From assembly GCA_951406725.2 (NCBI GenBank), contig OX597829.1, positions 32,860,001-32,924,000 of the forward strand: a stretch of DNA of 64,000 bases, given 5' to 3'. The DNA comes from Octopus vulgaris (taxonomy: Eukaryota). This document shows, one piece after another, positions 13,456-26,932 of the stretch (position 1 is its first letter; each line of letters opens with the position of its first letter). Position numbers and translations under genes: made by a program. The notes beneath the pieces are model-generated. The model ran no database searches. It saw only the letters and a program-made list of their open reading frames with translations, and was not told where the DNA came from.

Positions 13456-13519
<64 letters not shown>

Positions 13520-13696
13520 AACCAGCTTAGAGAAGAAGAAACGAAACCAAACCAAACGAATCGAATCGAATCGATGCGAAGGCGCTCAGTCATACAATAG
13601 TGTAATAAATAAAATATATGCATACATACGAACATATATGTACGTACCTACATCTACATGTATATATACATGCATATATAAATATATATACGTGTG

Positions 13697-13930
13697 TACA
13701 GGACACCACAAATAGACGTAGAACTCAACGAGAAACGAAAACGTAAAAACAGCTTGGAACGGACCATTTTTTTAACAACGAAAAAACAGTAGAAGACAAC
13801 TACACAAGGAAAAATCCCCTTCATCAGCTGTCCCTAGTTCAACTCCAGCGTGTTTCGAAGGTGAGGACAGAACACGTCTCGTCGAACTAATCCTTCCTGC
13901 GAAAGAATTAAATAAAATTCCTTTGCAGCA
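13697..13930 (-). mobile_element. Dispersed repeat carrying a permuted hammerhead motif, copy 1
   Basis: Reverse complement is collinear with ~30215-30465 (CTGC..AAAG/CTTTCGCAGG hairpin, CACCTTCGAAAC, CTGAnGAAGGG, GTTTTCGTTTCTC..TGGTGTCC). Confidence 0.75.
13816..13876 (-). ncRNA. Candidate non-circularly permuted hammerhead ribozyme
   Basis: Minus strand CGUGU-U-CUGUCCU-cac-CUUC-GAA-ACACG-linker-GGGACAG-CUGAUGA-A-GGGG: stem III CGUGU/ACACG, stem I CUGUCCU/GGGACAG, GUU site. Confidence 0.65.
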
Positions 13931-14366
13931 TACGTTTCCAACGAGTCTTAGCATGCTTTTCGCGGGGAATTTTGAGGCATAACTAAAAATGCAATTGGTT
14001 AAACCGCACGTGTATTTTGACGCTCGTGTTGGTCTAATAAATTGTATTTAAGACAAACCTCTGCTGATGATTTATAGATGTAAGTAAAATTACATTAGTA
14101 ATGAAACAATTGTTCAGGATCAGTCTATTTATTCGTTATGTTTCACTTTCCTTCCGATAAATGTAATGTTATTTCTAGTTGGAAACATCATTTCTGTGGC
14201 TATACTATCGGAGCTATTTTTATAACTAGAGCTATCCACATAGTGGTAACTCTCTAATAATTTATGTATAAATTTGTATTTTCTCCCTAGTTTTATGTGC
14301 TAAGCCACTCGGTGTTAAATTAATGGTATTATTAAATTAATATCGATTTTTCACCCTCATTTATAA

Positions 14367-14455
<89 letters not shown>

Positions 14456-15534
14456 ACACACACACACATAGGCACACATTTATACATGCATATATATATA
14501 TATATATAAACATATGTATGTGTACCTGCGTCTGTATGTGTGTGTGTGTGCATATATATATATGTATTCACACACACACACTCAAATACACATACACCCC
14601 TTGTTGAGTGGAGAGTGTTATGCAGAAAGGAAAACGATATTCAGTTGGAGTGCCTTTTACTATGTGCACACATATATGCATTTAGACATACACTTATTCA
14701 CACATGCATGTAAATACACATAGATATATTCACACATCCATGCATTCATACGTACAGGCATTCACACAATCGTGCCTTTTCTCCAGCTCCTATAATGGTC
14801 CCGTTCCTTAGAGTTGGCCGGCTGGCTTATATGTGTTCCATTTGGGTAGTCATCCTTTCATCACTCTTGTGTCAACTCTCGTTCAGGCCGTGCACTAAGC
14901 CCCAATCACAGTGTCCAGTTCTTCCTACCCAGAACATCGACTGAACCTTTCATTCTCTCTTGGCTCGTATCTTTCAAGTAGATGTTGACTTGCAATGGTT
15001 CATGAGAATTATTAATGACATCAACATTTCTTGTCTTGAAGAGCCTGTGAAGGTTCTATGTACTGGCCCTTCCTCGATACCCGTATGATATGAAAAAAAG
15101 TGATAGGATGTCATTTGAAGGTAAGGTCTAGCGAAGGTGTGTGAACAAGATCATGGTTTCGATTCCCGGACCGGACGGTACGTTGAGTTATTGGGCAAGA
15201 CACTTTATTTCACATTGCTCCAGTCCACTCAACTGTAGATAACCCTGCGACAGAATGGCGTCACATTCAGAGGGAATGTTGAGATTCGGTCGCTTATATT
15301 TCATGGAAACCGGGTTATGAGTTCTAGGTCTCGAGATATTAATGCCCAGGGTTGATGATGATGGTGATAATAATGTAAATGATTATGTGATCTGAAGGAA
15401 CTTTAGCTGCTGTTTCTAGCAGATCGAACGAATATGTAGGTGTTCATTTACTGGCTCCATTCCTCACAGGTATCCTATTCAGCGAAACATTCCTTGAGAT
15501 ATCTTCGCGTTCCCAGCTAGGTGAATGAAAACAA

Positions 15535-16139
15535 TATTCTGTTCTTGATTCGACGGTCATTCGGAATGCTCACAGCAGCCATATTCCTACCACTCTATGT
15601 CACGCTGGTGAAACCCATATTGGAGTATGGGATTCAAGCCTCTTCTCCTTATCTCCTCAAAGACATACAGCATCTCGAAAGAGTCCAGAAGCTGGCTACC
15701 CGCATGGTTCATGGTCTCAAAAATTTGTCCTACGAAGAAAGGCTGAGGACGCTCGACCTTTATTCTCTTGAAAAACGCCGCCGCCGTGGTGATCTCATTC
15801 TCGCCCACAACATCATAAGCGGAAAGTGTAACCTCTCGAAAGAGCTGTTCTTCACTCCTGCTCCAGAGCGTCGGCTGCGGGGTCATTCCGAAAAGCTCTA
15901 CCTGCGACGATTTCATCTCAATCGAAGGAGAGGAGCTTTCTCCGTCCGGGTTGCGGATCCGTGGAACCAGCTGCCAGACGAGATGGTGAAGATGCCGACG
16001 ACCGCTTTGTTCAAAGCCTCCCTGGACCTCAAGTGGCCTGAACTCTTTACATGAACACCACCCTGTACTTAACTCCATGTCCCCCTACATGGCCTTGCTA
16101 TTTGCTTTTGAGCCAAATTTAACTAACTAACTAACTAAC
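15535..16139 (+). mobile_element. 5'-truncated young CR1-clade LINE (open C-terminal ORF to 16054, 3' UTR, (CTAA)n tail)
   Basis: LYVTLVKPILEYG..SPYLLKDIQHLERVQKLATRMV..LSYEERL..LYSLEKRRRRGDLI..FSVRVADPWNQLP; tail AACTAACTAACTAAC. Confidence 0.9.
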
Positions 16140-16573
16140 ATAAATATGATGGTAATAGAAAATTTTCTATTCACGGATATATTTCGAAACACTGAAAATG
16201 TATTTGAACTCATGTAGCAGCCATTGCCTTTATTGATTCGATCATTGCTTTGCAACGAGTAACTGACAGATTCGTTGGAGCTTCGGACAAAATGCCTCCC
16301 AGTATTTTGTTACAGCTCTTTACCGCTTAGGTTCCAAGTACCCACGAAATCAACAATATCTTTCCTTTCTTGAGATGAATAAAATGAACAATGAGTCAAG
16401 CACTGGATCGATATAATCAGCCATTCTCTTCCTACAAAATTTCTGCCCATTTGCCCCAAAATTTTGAGGATAAGAGAACAGTCAATTACATCATCTGTCT
16501 CTCTCTCTCTCTGTATATATATATGTATATATATATATATTTCTCATGTGAGGTATTGAAATCCCTCCCTCCC

Positions 16574-16644
<71 letters not shown>

Positions 16645-17453
16645 TTATCTGTCTATCTATCTATGTTCTTGTGTGTATGTGTGTGAAATTTCTCTCATTT
16701 TTGTCTGTATGTAAGTAAAATTTCTCCCTCGCTCTTTCTCTATTTTTATCACTTTCAAGTTCATTCTTGTTTTTTACTTTATTTAAAAAAATTTTACTTT
16801 TTCTTTTTTCCCATCTTTCTCGCCCACTCTCTTTGTATTTTTAGCATTTGCATGTTTCTTTTATTTTTCTGTTGTTGTTGTTGTTGTTGTACTGTAATAC
16901 TATTCCAGAGATAAACAAGCAAACATAAAAATTAATGTCTACTTCTAACATTGGCACAAGACCACAAATATGATAAGGAGAAGAACAATTAATAATCAAC
17001 ACCACTACTTCACAAGTATTCGTTCTGTCTAGCTCGGATGGATAAAACTCAAGGTTGGATGTGTCAGTTTTTTATTTCAGATGGGAAACGTCATAATTAA
17101 ATAAAGCACGCCATTTTGTTTTTTATCCTCATCGATTCTACAATCCACCGCCACCAACACTTTGACAATATTATTTTTATTAACAATAGTTAGCCAACAA
17201 ATTTGAATAACTATTGATGAAATAAATAGCAAATTAATCATTAAGTATAATAAAATTTATTTATCTTCCCTTTGATAAATTGATATAATCCCAAGATTAA
17301 ATATATTTTGTTATCAACCAGTAGAGGAAAGAGGATAGGGAGATAATCATGTCTCAGTCAGAAGAAAAGGACCTTTGCATGGACTCCCGAAATTGGCGGT
17401 CGGGGCAGTGGTGGGGTACAAACCACGACTCATGACATGCTGTAGTAGAAAGT

Positions 17454-17612
17454 AAATTCCGCCGAGGTCGACTTTGCCTTTCATCCTTTCGGGGTCGATA
17501 AATTAAGTACCAGTTACACATTGGGGTCGATCTATTCGACTTAATCCCTTTGTCTGTCCTTGTTTGTCTCCTCTATGTTTAGCCCCTTGTGGGCAATAAA
17601 GAAATAAGAAAA
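17454..17612 (+). mobile_element. SINE family B, 3' part with Tx1-like tail
   Basis: Core AAATTCCGCCGAGGTCGACTTTGCCTTTCATCCTTTCGGGGTCGAT shared with 22756-22975 and 27795-27940; ends TTAGCCCCTTGTGGGCAATAAAGAAAT. Confidence 0.75.
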
Positions 17613-19514
17613 TAACGTATCAAGATATCAAGATATTCTTAGGTTATAAGAATTGTGTCTACTGTACAATGGACTCTGCCAAAGACATCCAAAGGTCAGA
17701 TAGTGGTGTTGGCAGCGGTAATAGTAATGTTGTTGTTGTTGTTGTTGTTAGTGGTGGTGGTGATGGGTGTATTAGTATCGGGGTGGAGGGGGGGGGGGGG
17801 CAAACCGAGCCACAAATTAAGTCCGCCACAGATTGATGCGGCTAATGCTCAGCTTCAGCGTTTTCAGGTCGTTAATTCAGACAGCGGATTAGCAGAATTG
17901 TTAGAGCGTCGGATAGAATGTACAGTAATATTTGCTTCGAGTTTCTGTGCTCTGAGTTCGAACCCCACCGATGTTAATTTTGCCTTTCATCTTTTGGAAT
18001 CTATAAAGTTAAGAGCGGGCGGTGGACTGAATCATTGGTCATACAGTCGTCACATTGAAGCCGTGACGGTCCTTGTCTCAGAAGCCATTATTTTATTTCA
18101 TTTTTCTTCTGGTTCTTTTTTTTTTTTTGTTCCTGCAGTTTGAGTGATTAAAATCTAAAATCTAAAACCACCCACAAATGGGAATAAGAGTTATCTTGTA
18201 CTGACCTATTTTAAGAAATCAGTCTCTACTAAACGAATGTCAGATTGTGTAACATGATTGTAAATACTCATGACATTAATTGAACAAGATTACTTTAAAG
18301 GAATTTTGATTGCTAATACCAAACAAAATTTGCCTGTGTATTCTCCCAAGCTTACTTTATTCCTTTTTGATCTTAATTGTTCAACGATAACCTTTGTTTT
18401 GTTGTTGCGTAGAGGCTTCCCATGTGATTTTAGTACTACGTAACTATTGCTAAGTTTAACATTTTCGTTTTTAATATAGCAAATTTCATTTTAAGGTATA
18501 TGTAGATGTGTGGTTGATTTTTTTTTTTTTTTTTTTTGTTTTTTTTTTGTTTTTGCTCGGGTTTTTTTTTGCCAATCTTTTTTTTTTACCTAGTGTATAA
18601 GTTATGAGACAGAAAAAACAATTAGACAGTGACAGTCTATATATGCCTCTGACACCTAAACTAAACCAAGAGATAACCAGGGAGTTTCTTTGCTAGTTAT
18701 TTCCAAACTCGGAGTAATTAAATTAGTAGGTTAAAAATGAAAAACTACATTTGATTGGGGTAATATCAGTGACGCAGCAACGAGATACCCAATTTTACAC
18801 TTCCAATTGCTTTGATATTAAATAAACCATTACGCTTCACGAAACAGAATGGGTCTCAAGTAAATAAAAAAAAAACATGCCCTAAAGACAACTAAAAATA
18901 GATACACGCCGGTACTTGGGTAGATATCGTTTGTGCGCTTCATTCCGCACTGCACCAGAAATACAAGGAATTGATAGTAATTCACGAAGCCATAAGTAGA
19001 ATTCTTCAGCTGATGTTAATTCATTTTGCTTTAAATCGAATTTGCGTTGAAAATAAGTTTTGGTATACTAAAGTGTTTTCGTATAAACGAAGTTGGTATA
19101 CAACAGTGTGTGCGTTCTCGCTTTGATATACAAATGAGGTTGTATGCCAGAGATAAGTGTTTTCGTATATGGGGTTGTGTACTAAAATAATTTATTGTTA
19201 TATAATTGCCGTCAAGCTGAATCAGGCCTACATTCCTTCTATCTTACTGCAACCAATCTGTATCCAGACAAAATGTTTTAACACGAAAGCATGTGGTCTA
19301 TTGTTTAGGTTGTTGAACTCACAATTATAAGCCCGTGGATTTGATTCCCAGACTAGACGATGCAAGTATCCTTGAACAAGTACTCCATTTCATATTGCTA
19401 TCGTGCTCTCAGTTGAAAATTAGTCGCACTTTTAGTAACTACAGCACAGATATATCTGATGTTTTAATATAATATTTATTATACAATACATTATAGATAG
19501 AAATATGCAAAAAA

Positions 19515-19898
19515 TCTTTATATATAAAAGTGAAGTTGTGTGTCTGTCTCCTACGATTTAGATTCCTAACTACTCCCACATTTTGCGGTGCAGTTTAACT
19601 AAAACCGGGTATCTTATAGTCGTGATTCATATCGAGCCCGTCTGGGTATTAGCGCGCATCTACGATGAGTCTACGATTTTTAAAATAATTTACCATCATT
19701 TTTTTCCATTTTAATGCATTTTTTCGCTATTATATAAGGGAAGTAACTCTCTAAAAATGTCTACGATGAGTCAACGATTTTTTTTAAAATTCACCATAAT
19801 TTTTTTGCATTTTTTGCTATTTTTTTGGCTATAACTCTAAAAATGCTTATATAGTTATTTCCCTTACAAACACGAGCAACGCCGGGCGATACTGCTAG
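19515..19898 (+). mobile_element. Non-autonomous Helitron
   Basis: A|TCTTTATATATAAAAG 5' end; GC-rich subterminal GAGCAACGCCGGGCGA then CTAG|T; no TSD. Confidence 0.8.
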
Positions 19899-20156
19899 TT
19901 TAGATATAAAATTAAAACAACGAAATGATTTGAAAATATGCATCATAATTATATTATTTGCTACCTTGTTTTCAAAGGACAAAATAACAAGCATGCTTTT
20001 AGAACATAAATCAACATTGAGGTCTGTCGATGGTTATTGTTAACAAGACATTAAATTTATATAAAATGTTGTTAAATTGAAATAATTTTTTTAATTATTT
20101 TACATATTTTAATAAATTAATATTTGATTTTAAAAAAAGAAAACATTTAATAATTA

Positions 20157-20528
20157 CTAGCAGTATCGCCCGGCGTTGCTCGGGTTTGTAAGGGAAATAA
20201 CTATAAAGCATTTTTAGAGTTATAGCCAAAAAATAGCAACAAATGGAAAAAAAATTATGGTAAATTTTTTTGAGAGTTAAAAGGGTCGAGTTGCGTCCCC
20301 TAGACAGTCTGTGGTTTGTGTTTCTGATTCTCGACCCCATGTCGAATTTATCGATTTTTTTCAGAACTAGGGGAACTTTTCAAAATTTTCGCTGCGTTAG
20401 TTTTGAATTATGACATTGGGCTATGAGTGTGTCAAGTTTCATCAGAATCGGTTGAAAGCCGTGGTCAGGGTGAGGGTACAACGTGACAGACACACACACA
20501 GACAAACTGCCGTTTATATATAGAGAGA
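20157..20528 (-). mobile_element. Non-autonomous Helitron (inverted relative to neighbour)
   Basis: Minus strand A|TCTCTCTATATATAAAC ... CCCGAGCAACGCCGGGCGATACTGCTAG|T; 3' ~100 bp shared with 19515-19898. Confidence 0.8.
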
Positions 20529-21469
20529 TTATAATTACAAAGTGTGTGAGTCCGTATGTGTGTTGAAAAAAGTGTTTGTAACTAGGTTTTCTCCCCGCTT
20601 TCAAAAATCAAAGAGTGCTTGTTTTTTGTTTTGTTTTGTTTTTTGTTTTTGGTGTCGTTTCAAAATAAGATATGTGCATTTTAAATATATTTATTGATAA
20701 ATGACGATTTGAAGTACATTTCCATTATTTGAAAGTAAATAGAAAAATTATACATTATCACTGTGTACACATTCTACGGGTTGATATACTTTATTACCCA
20801 CATAGAAAAATCGCTCTAAAACCTACTGTTGTAATTCACATTTAAATCAATAAAAAAACAATTTTGATGTTTTAACATCTAACATTTTCTTGGTGTGGGA
20901 GCGATCAATCGTGATTTTACAATGTCCAATGTACATCTTTTAAGGTATATTGGCTGTACCTTTCATTGTACAAAACAGGCGTGACGAAACAAGTCAAAAC
21001 TATCAATAGCTTAGTTTCGATCGACACCATTTAGACCTGGATAAATGACATAGCGGTGGATGTTGTCATTAATGTGGAGATCAAAGCATTAACGCAAATG
21101 TTTACCAACCAGCTAGATCAATTAACCGTTTCTAATTGTGATCAGCTGTTGCGTCTAGGCATGCAGATACCGTTGGTGATCAGCTGAAAGATGTGAACTT
21201 GTTCTGCCATCGATTTGAAACAACAACCACAGTACAAGACATTACTGATATGGTATCAGTCTTCTTTACACAAAATTTAGTGGGAAAAGCGAAGAGAGAT
21301 GAAACGGTCTGCTGGTTGAGATTATGTGCGACCAAGCCATAATCCATAAAATCAAAGTAATTTTCTTGTCGTTGTTGTTTTTGCGGTGGCTGCTGCTGCT
21401 GTTATTATTATTATTATTAAACTTAGATACACTTAGATATGTTTCGACCAGAGATTGGTCCAGGCCATG

Positions 21470-21795
21470 TCTAACTTAATAGCACCACCTGATAGGATTA
21501 TTCGAATCCTGTTTAAGTCAAGTTTTGTTCAAGTATTTGAAGGAATCTATCCAGACTCTGTTTAAAGTTGATGGGATCCTTTTCCTCTTTGATCTCCCTC
21601 GGGACAATGTTAAATAGGGCAGGGCCTGTTGAGGAAAAGAAATTATGTTGCAGTGTACATGTATGTTGTGATCTTGAATTTGGCAGGGGACGTATAGCCC
21701 GTGGTCCAAGTCTTGGATGAACCTTGAAGCTAATGTTTAGGTCGTTTGGGCAAAGTTGGCGGTATATTTTCCACATCGTACAAATGATGTACCGC

Positions 21796-21797
<2 letters not shown>
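21470..21797 (-). mobile_element. CR1-clade 3' fragment
   Basis: RYIICTMWKI..CPND..HPRLG..GPALFNIVPREIK..FKQSLDRFL. Confidence 0.7.
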
Positions 21798-21840
<43 letters not shown>

Positions 21841-21841
<1 letters not shown>

Positions 21842-22335
21842 GTTTTTTCCTTCTTTCTTCAAATTTCCTTCCGTTTCTCGCCGGGTGTTTTCCATACACC
21901 TAGGGTAGAGAAGCTCAATGTATGCAATCCCAGATTACACATGCAAATTCACAGATAAAATATGTATTTAAAAATTAATAAATAAATAAATTCATGGATG
22001 GATGTTGTTTTCACAGCGATAATGCTCTTCTCAGTAAATGAGCCGTTCCAGTTAATACGATTTTTTGCACTTCTTGTAGGGATGGTAAGCCTGGAATCAT
22101 TTTCAAATAGGTTTCAGTACCTTTTTTTTATCATTCCTAGAGATCCTACAATCACTGGTACTGTAGTCACCTTGAGATGCCACATTTTTTCGATTTCTAT
22201 TAGCAGGTCTTTATATTTACTAATCTTGTCAAATTCTTTCGCCGCTATATCGTGATCACAGGGAATACTCATGTCAATTAATAAACACATCCTTTTTGTC
22301 TGATCTTTTATAATAATATCTGTCTGATCTTTTAT
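21841..22335 (-). mobile_element. R4/Dong-like 3' end (RLE C-terminus plus 3' UTR) between TAA tracts
   Basis: Minus strand LIDMSIPCDHDIAAKEFDKISKYKDLLIEIEKMWHLKVTTVPVIVGSLGMIK; flanked by (TTA)n at both ends. Confidence 0.8.
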
Positions 22336-22336
22336 A

Positions 22337-22755
<419 letters not shown>

Positions 22756-22975
22756 AAGGCGGTGAGCTGGCAGAATCGTTAGCGCCGCCGGGCGAAATGC
22801 TTAGCAGTATTTCGCCCATCTTTTCATTCTGAGTTGAAATTCCGCCGAGGCCGACTTTGCTTTTCATCCTTTCGGGGTCGATGAATTAAGTACAAGTGAA
22901 ATACTGGGGTCGATGTAATCGACTTTCCCCCTCCCACCAAATTTCAGGCCTTGTACCTATAGTAGAAAGGATTAT
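22756..22975 (+). mobile_element. SINE family B, apparently full length
   Basis: GGCGGTGAGCTGGCAGAATCGTTAGC head with A-box-like motif and B-box-like GAGTTGAAATTCC; family core present. Confidence 0.75.
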
Positions 22976-23302
22976 TTTTATTGTTGTTGTTAGCTAAGAT
23001 CATTCCGGCTTGAGTACACCAATAATACAAAGCCTGATAGCAAAAACGGTCACCCATTTTTATATGTGATGGATTACATTTTTATTTTTAGACACTAAGT
23101 TGGAACTCAGGAAAAATAAAATATATGGATGGATGGATGGACAGACAGATAGCTACACACACACGCTCGGGCCCAGTTTGTTTACTACATTTATATGCCC
23201 CAGCATGGCCGCAGCCTTCGGGCTGAAACATTTTAAAGGATTTTTTAAGGGTATCATATATACATACACTTTATATATTTATGCATGATGAACATATATA
23301 CA

Positions 23303-23377
<75 letters not shown>

Positions 23378-23400
23378 ATATGTATGTATGCGCACACATA

Positions 23401-24662
23401 GTCGTCTGATCAATAAGTATCCGGATTGTTGTCATAGTAACGAAGCTAAAGCACGAAGAATGAAACCACTCGGCACAAATTGACTTTGAACTCTGCTGTG
23501 TATACGCATTAACTTTTAACGTTCTAGCTCACTTCTGCTCTTTACAGTAGTGCCTAGAAGGAACGTGTGTAGCATGTAGTTATCAGAGAAAGCTGAGCAG
23601 AGAATCTGCATTAAATTTTGCCAAAAGCTTGGCGATACCTGCTCAGAGGCCTATACAAAGTATCAGAACGTATATGGGCCGAGCACAAGTGTTAAGATGT
23701 TTTCAAGACGGCCGAAAAAAATGTCGATAGTGTCGAACGTTCTAGGAGACCCGCAACCAACAGAACTGAGAAAAACATCGCAGATGAGCGTGCAGCTGTG
23801 AGGAGAAATCATCGAATCAGCATCCGTGAGTTATCAGAGGATGTGCAGTTTAGTTACGGTTCAGTTCAGTCCATTATCACTGAAGATTTGAGTATGAAAC
23901 GCGTATCTGCCAAGCTTGTACCAAAACTGCTTTCAGCAGACCAAAAAGACACTTGGGCTTGGGTTTCAGTTGTACAAGATCTTGATTGTGTCGAGAACGA
24001 TGAAAACTGTTTGAAAACGGTCATAATGGGTGATGAATCATGTGTCTATGGCTATGACCCCGAAACAAAGGTTCAGTCTTCGCAGTGGAAGACTCCAACC
24101 TCTCCGAGACCGAAGAAAGCACGAACTGTTGACCGTTTTCTTCGACTACAAGGCGAATGTTCATTATGACTATGCTCCACCTGGTCAGACAGTAAACAAG
24201 GCGTACTACCGTGACGCTTTGCGGCATTTGCGGGATGCTGTTCGTCAGAATAGGCCATAATTGCATGCGTCCGGTGAGTGGCAATTGCACCATGACAACG
24301 CACCTGTCTATTCAGCGCAGGTCGTGCAGCGGTTTTTGGCTAGATACAGCATTCCCCAAGTCCGGCAGCCACCGTATTCCTCAGATCTCAAACCTTGCGA
24401 GTTTTTCCTCTTACCGAAAATCAAATCCCGCTTGAAAGGAAGAAGATTTCAGGACGTCGTGGAAATTAAAGTGAATGCGACGAGGCAGTTGTTGATTATC
24501 CCAGAAAACGAGTTCCTGGAATGCTTCCATCAATGGAAACAGCGCTGGATTAAGTGCGAGTCTTCCGAAGGGGACTACTTTGAAAGAGATTAATTGCCAA
24601 ATTGATACGTGTTTTAGTTTTGTTTTTATAACACCAGTCTGGATACTTATTGATCAGACCTC

Positions 24663-24663
<1 letters not shown>
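23401..24663 (+). mobile_element. Mariner (Tc1/mariner) DNA transposon, full length, decayed
   Basis: TIRs GTCTGATCAATAAGTATCC(G/A)GA at both ends, TA flanks, ~1.26 kb. Confidence 0.92.
23585..24593 (+). pseudogene. Mariner transposase pseudogene
   Basis: EQRICIKFC, SAKLVPKLL, GDESCVYGYDPETK, HHDNAP, PPYSSDLKPCEFFL, QWKQRWIKC..GDYFE; split over several frames. Confidence 0.92.
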
Positions 24664-24728
<65 letters not shown>

Positions 24729-24730
<2 letters not shown>

Positions 24731-24895
24731 TTTCTCATGTGCAATTCGAGATTTCTCAAAAGTGGCTGTCCCCTCGTGCACAATCCTTCTCCACCTGCTA
24801 CGATCAATAGCTATGCCTTCCCATGTGTCAGGAGAGATGCAAGCATCTCTTAAGGAAGCCTTCAGCAAGTCCTTATACCTCTTTTTTGGTTTATA
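24729..24895 (-). mobile_element. RTE-clade LINE extreme C-terminal fragment
   Basis: KPKKRYKDLLKASLRDACISPDTWEGIAIDRSRWRRIVHEG. Confidence 0.8.
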
Positions 24896-24975
24896 TGTAT
24901 GTATGCCTTCATGTATGTATGTATGTATGTATGTATGTATGTATGTATGTATGTATGTATGTATGTATGTATGTA

Positions 24976-25157
24976 TGATCTTGAAATATTGGAAGGCTCT
25001 CGGTGTGAAAGTATAGAAGCTCTTGTGTTAAAGCAAAGGGTCAGATGGAGAGGTCATCTGGTCAGGATGAAGGATTCAAGGATGCCAAACAACTCTTTTA
25101 TGGAGAGTTAGCTAAAGGAGAACGACCTCCACATAAACCAAAAAAGTATAAGGACAT
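24976..25157 (+). mobile_element. RTE-clade LINE C-terminal fragment
   Basis: SIEALVLKQRVRWRGHLVRMKDSRMP / KQLFYGELAKGERPPHKPKKYKD. Confidence 0.8.
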
Positions 25158-25226
25158 ACATACACACATACATATATACACATACATACATACACACACA
25201 CACACATACATACATACATACATACA

Positions 25227-25260
<34 letters not shown>

Positions 25261-26861
25261 CATATATGAAGGCATACATACAATACATATAGACACACAC
25301 ATGCATATTTACATATAAGCATACATAGACAGATACATATATACATACACAAATATACATGCATGCAGGCATACATACATGCATATATACATATACTTAC
25401 ATACATATATTCATACATGTAGGCATATATGCATGCATGCATGCGTGCATGCATGCACGCATACATACATACATACATACATACATACATACATACATAC
25501 ATACATACATACATACATACATACATACATACATACATACATACATACATACATACATACATACATACATTTAACAATTAGAGGAACTGAAAACTTGTAA
25601 AATAAAATTCTGCGATACTATAGTTGAGGTCCCTGAGTGAGCATCTGTTCGCGACTACATAAGCATAAGGAATACACATACACTCGCACATAAGCAGTAA
25701 ACAACACACTTGTGTTGGAATTGTGTCATGCACATCCCTGAGTGTAAGTTTGTATGCACACACATACACACAACATATGCATACATCAACAGCTTCAGGT
25801 AACCACAGAGCTGACTTGATTTAAACAAAAGATCATTGTCACTTTGATAGGGACCAGTTTGAATTCTGCAAAGAAAAAAACCTTAAGAGAAATCCCAAAG
25901 AAACATACGTATGAGTGAACAAAAAAAAAATTATATTTAATTTTCAATACTTTTTTTTTTTTTTTTGGAGATATGAATTATTAAACAAGCTATTTAAAAT
26001 CTGTAATTGCACATAATTCCATGATTTACTTACCCAGATGCGTTACCGTAAGCTGCTTTCTTTCTTCTTCAGAATGGTTGCACGGCAATTACCGTTTTCT
26101 TTTCTGCACTGTTCTTACTTTTCTTTTTTTTACTTTATGAACTCCAATTTCAGAAATTTTTTTTTCTTTTTTTTTCTTTTCTTTTTTTTACCTTTTTTTG
26201 CATACAATATTCGTACGTGTTACCTGTTAATGTGATTGTTATTATTATTGTTTAACTACGAGTCAGTCAGTCGTATTTAAGCAGAGCTGAAATCAAAAGT
26301 GATCGTCCATCTGGACGTGACTAGCCACCTGTATCTATTTATTTATCCCATTCATATTCGACTATATGTATGTATGTATGTATGTATGATGTATGTATGT
26401 GTATGTACACACACACACACGAGTGTGATTGAACAGATGTTTAAACTGTTATTTCAAACAGACCTACTGACCACGTAGAATTTCTTTCTTTAAAGTCGTG
26501 TCGATGGTCCGATGGTCCCGTGTAAGCTTACGTCGTTAATGTAAATGTTGTCAGAGAAGAAGGTTTTAGTTGAATGTTCACCAGCTTCACAACGCTTCGA
26601 AACTCACAGAAATTAATCATTACTAGTAAAGGAAAATGTTTCGTTCCTTTCTATTTTACCTCTTTTTTTTTCTTTTATATATTTTTGTAATATATATATA
26701 TTTTTTTTTATTTCTCTTTGACTTCATTATTCATTTATTTACTTTTTGTTCTGAGAAGGAAGGAAGATGTTTTAATTCCTTTATTTATCGTATATTTAGT
26801 TTTCTTAGTGTTTGTTAAGTTACACAATTGCCCAGCACGCGCAATTAAGGTTGGTGCTGCA

Positions 26862-26932
<71 letters not shown>

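Noticed and set aside
10974-13635. Long poly-L/F/R/V/Y/H and YI/CV-repeat ORFs (also near 4.3, 14.4, 25, 27 and 32 kb)
   Set aside because: Translations of microsatellites that are open in several frames; no domain content.
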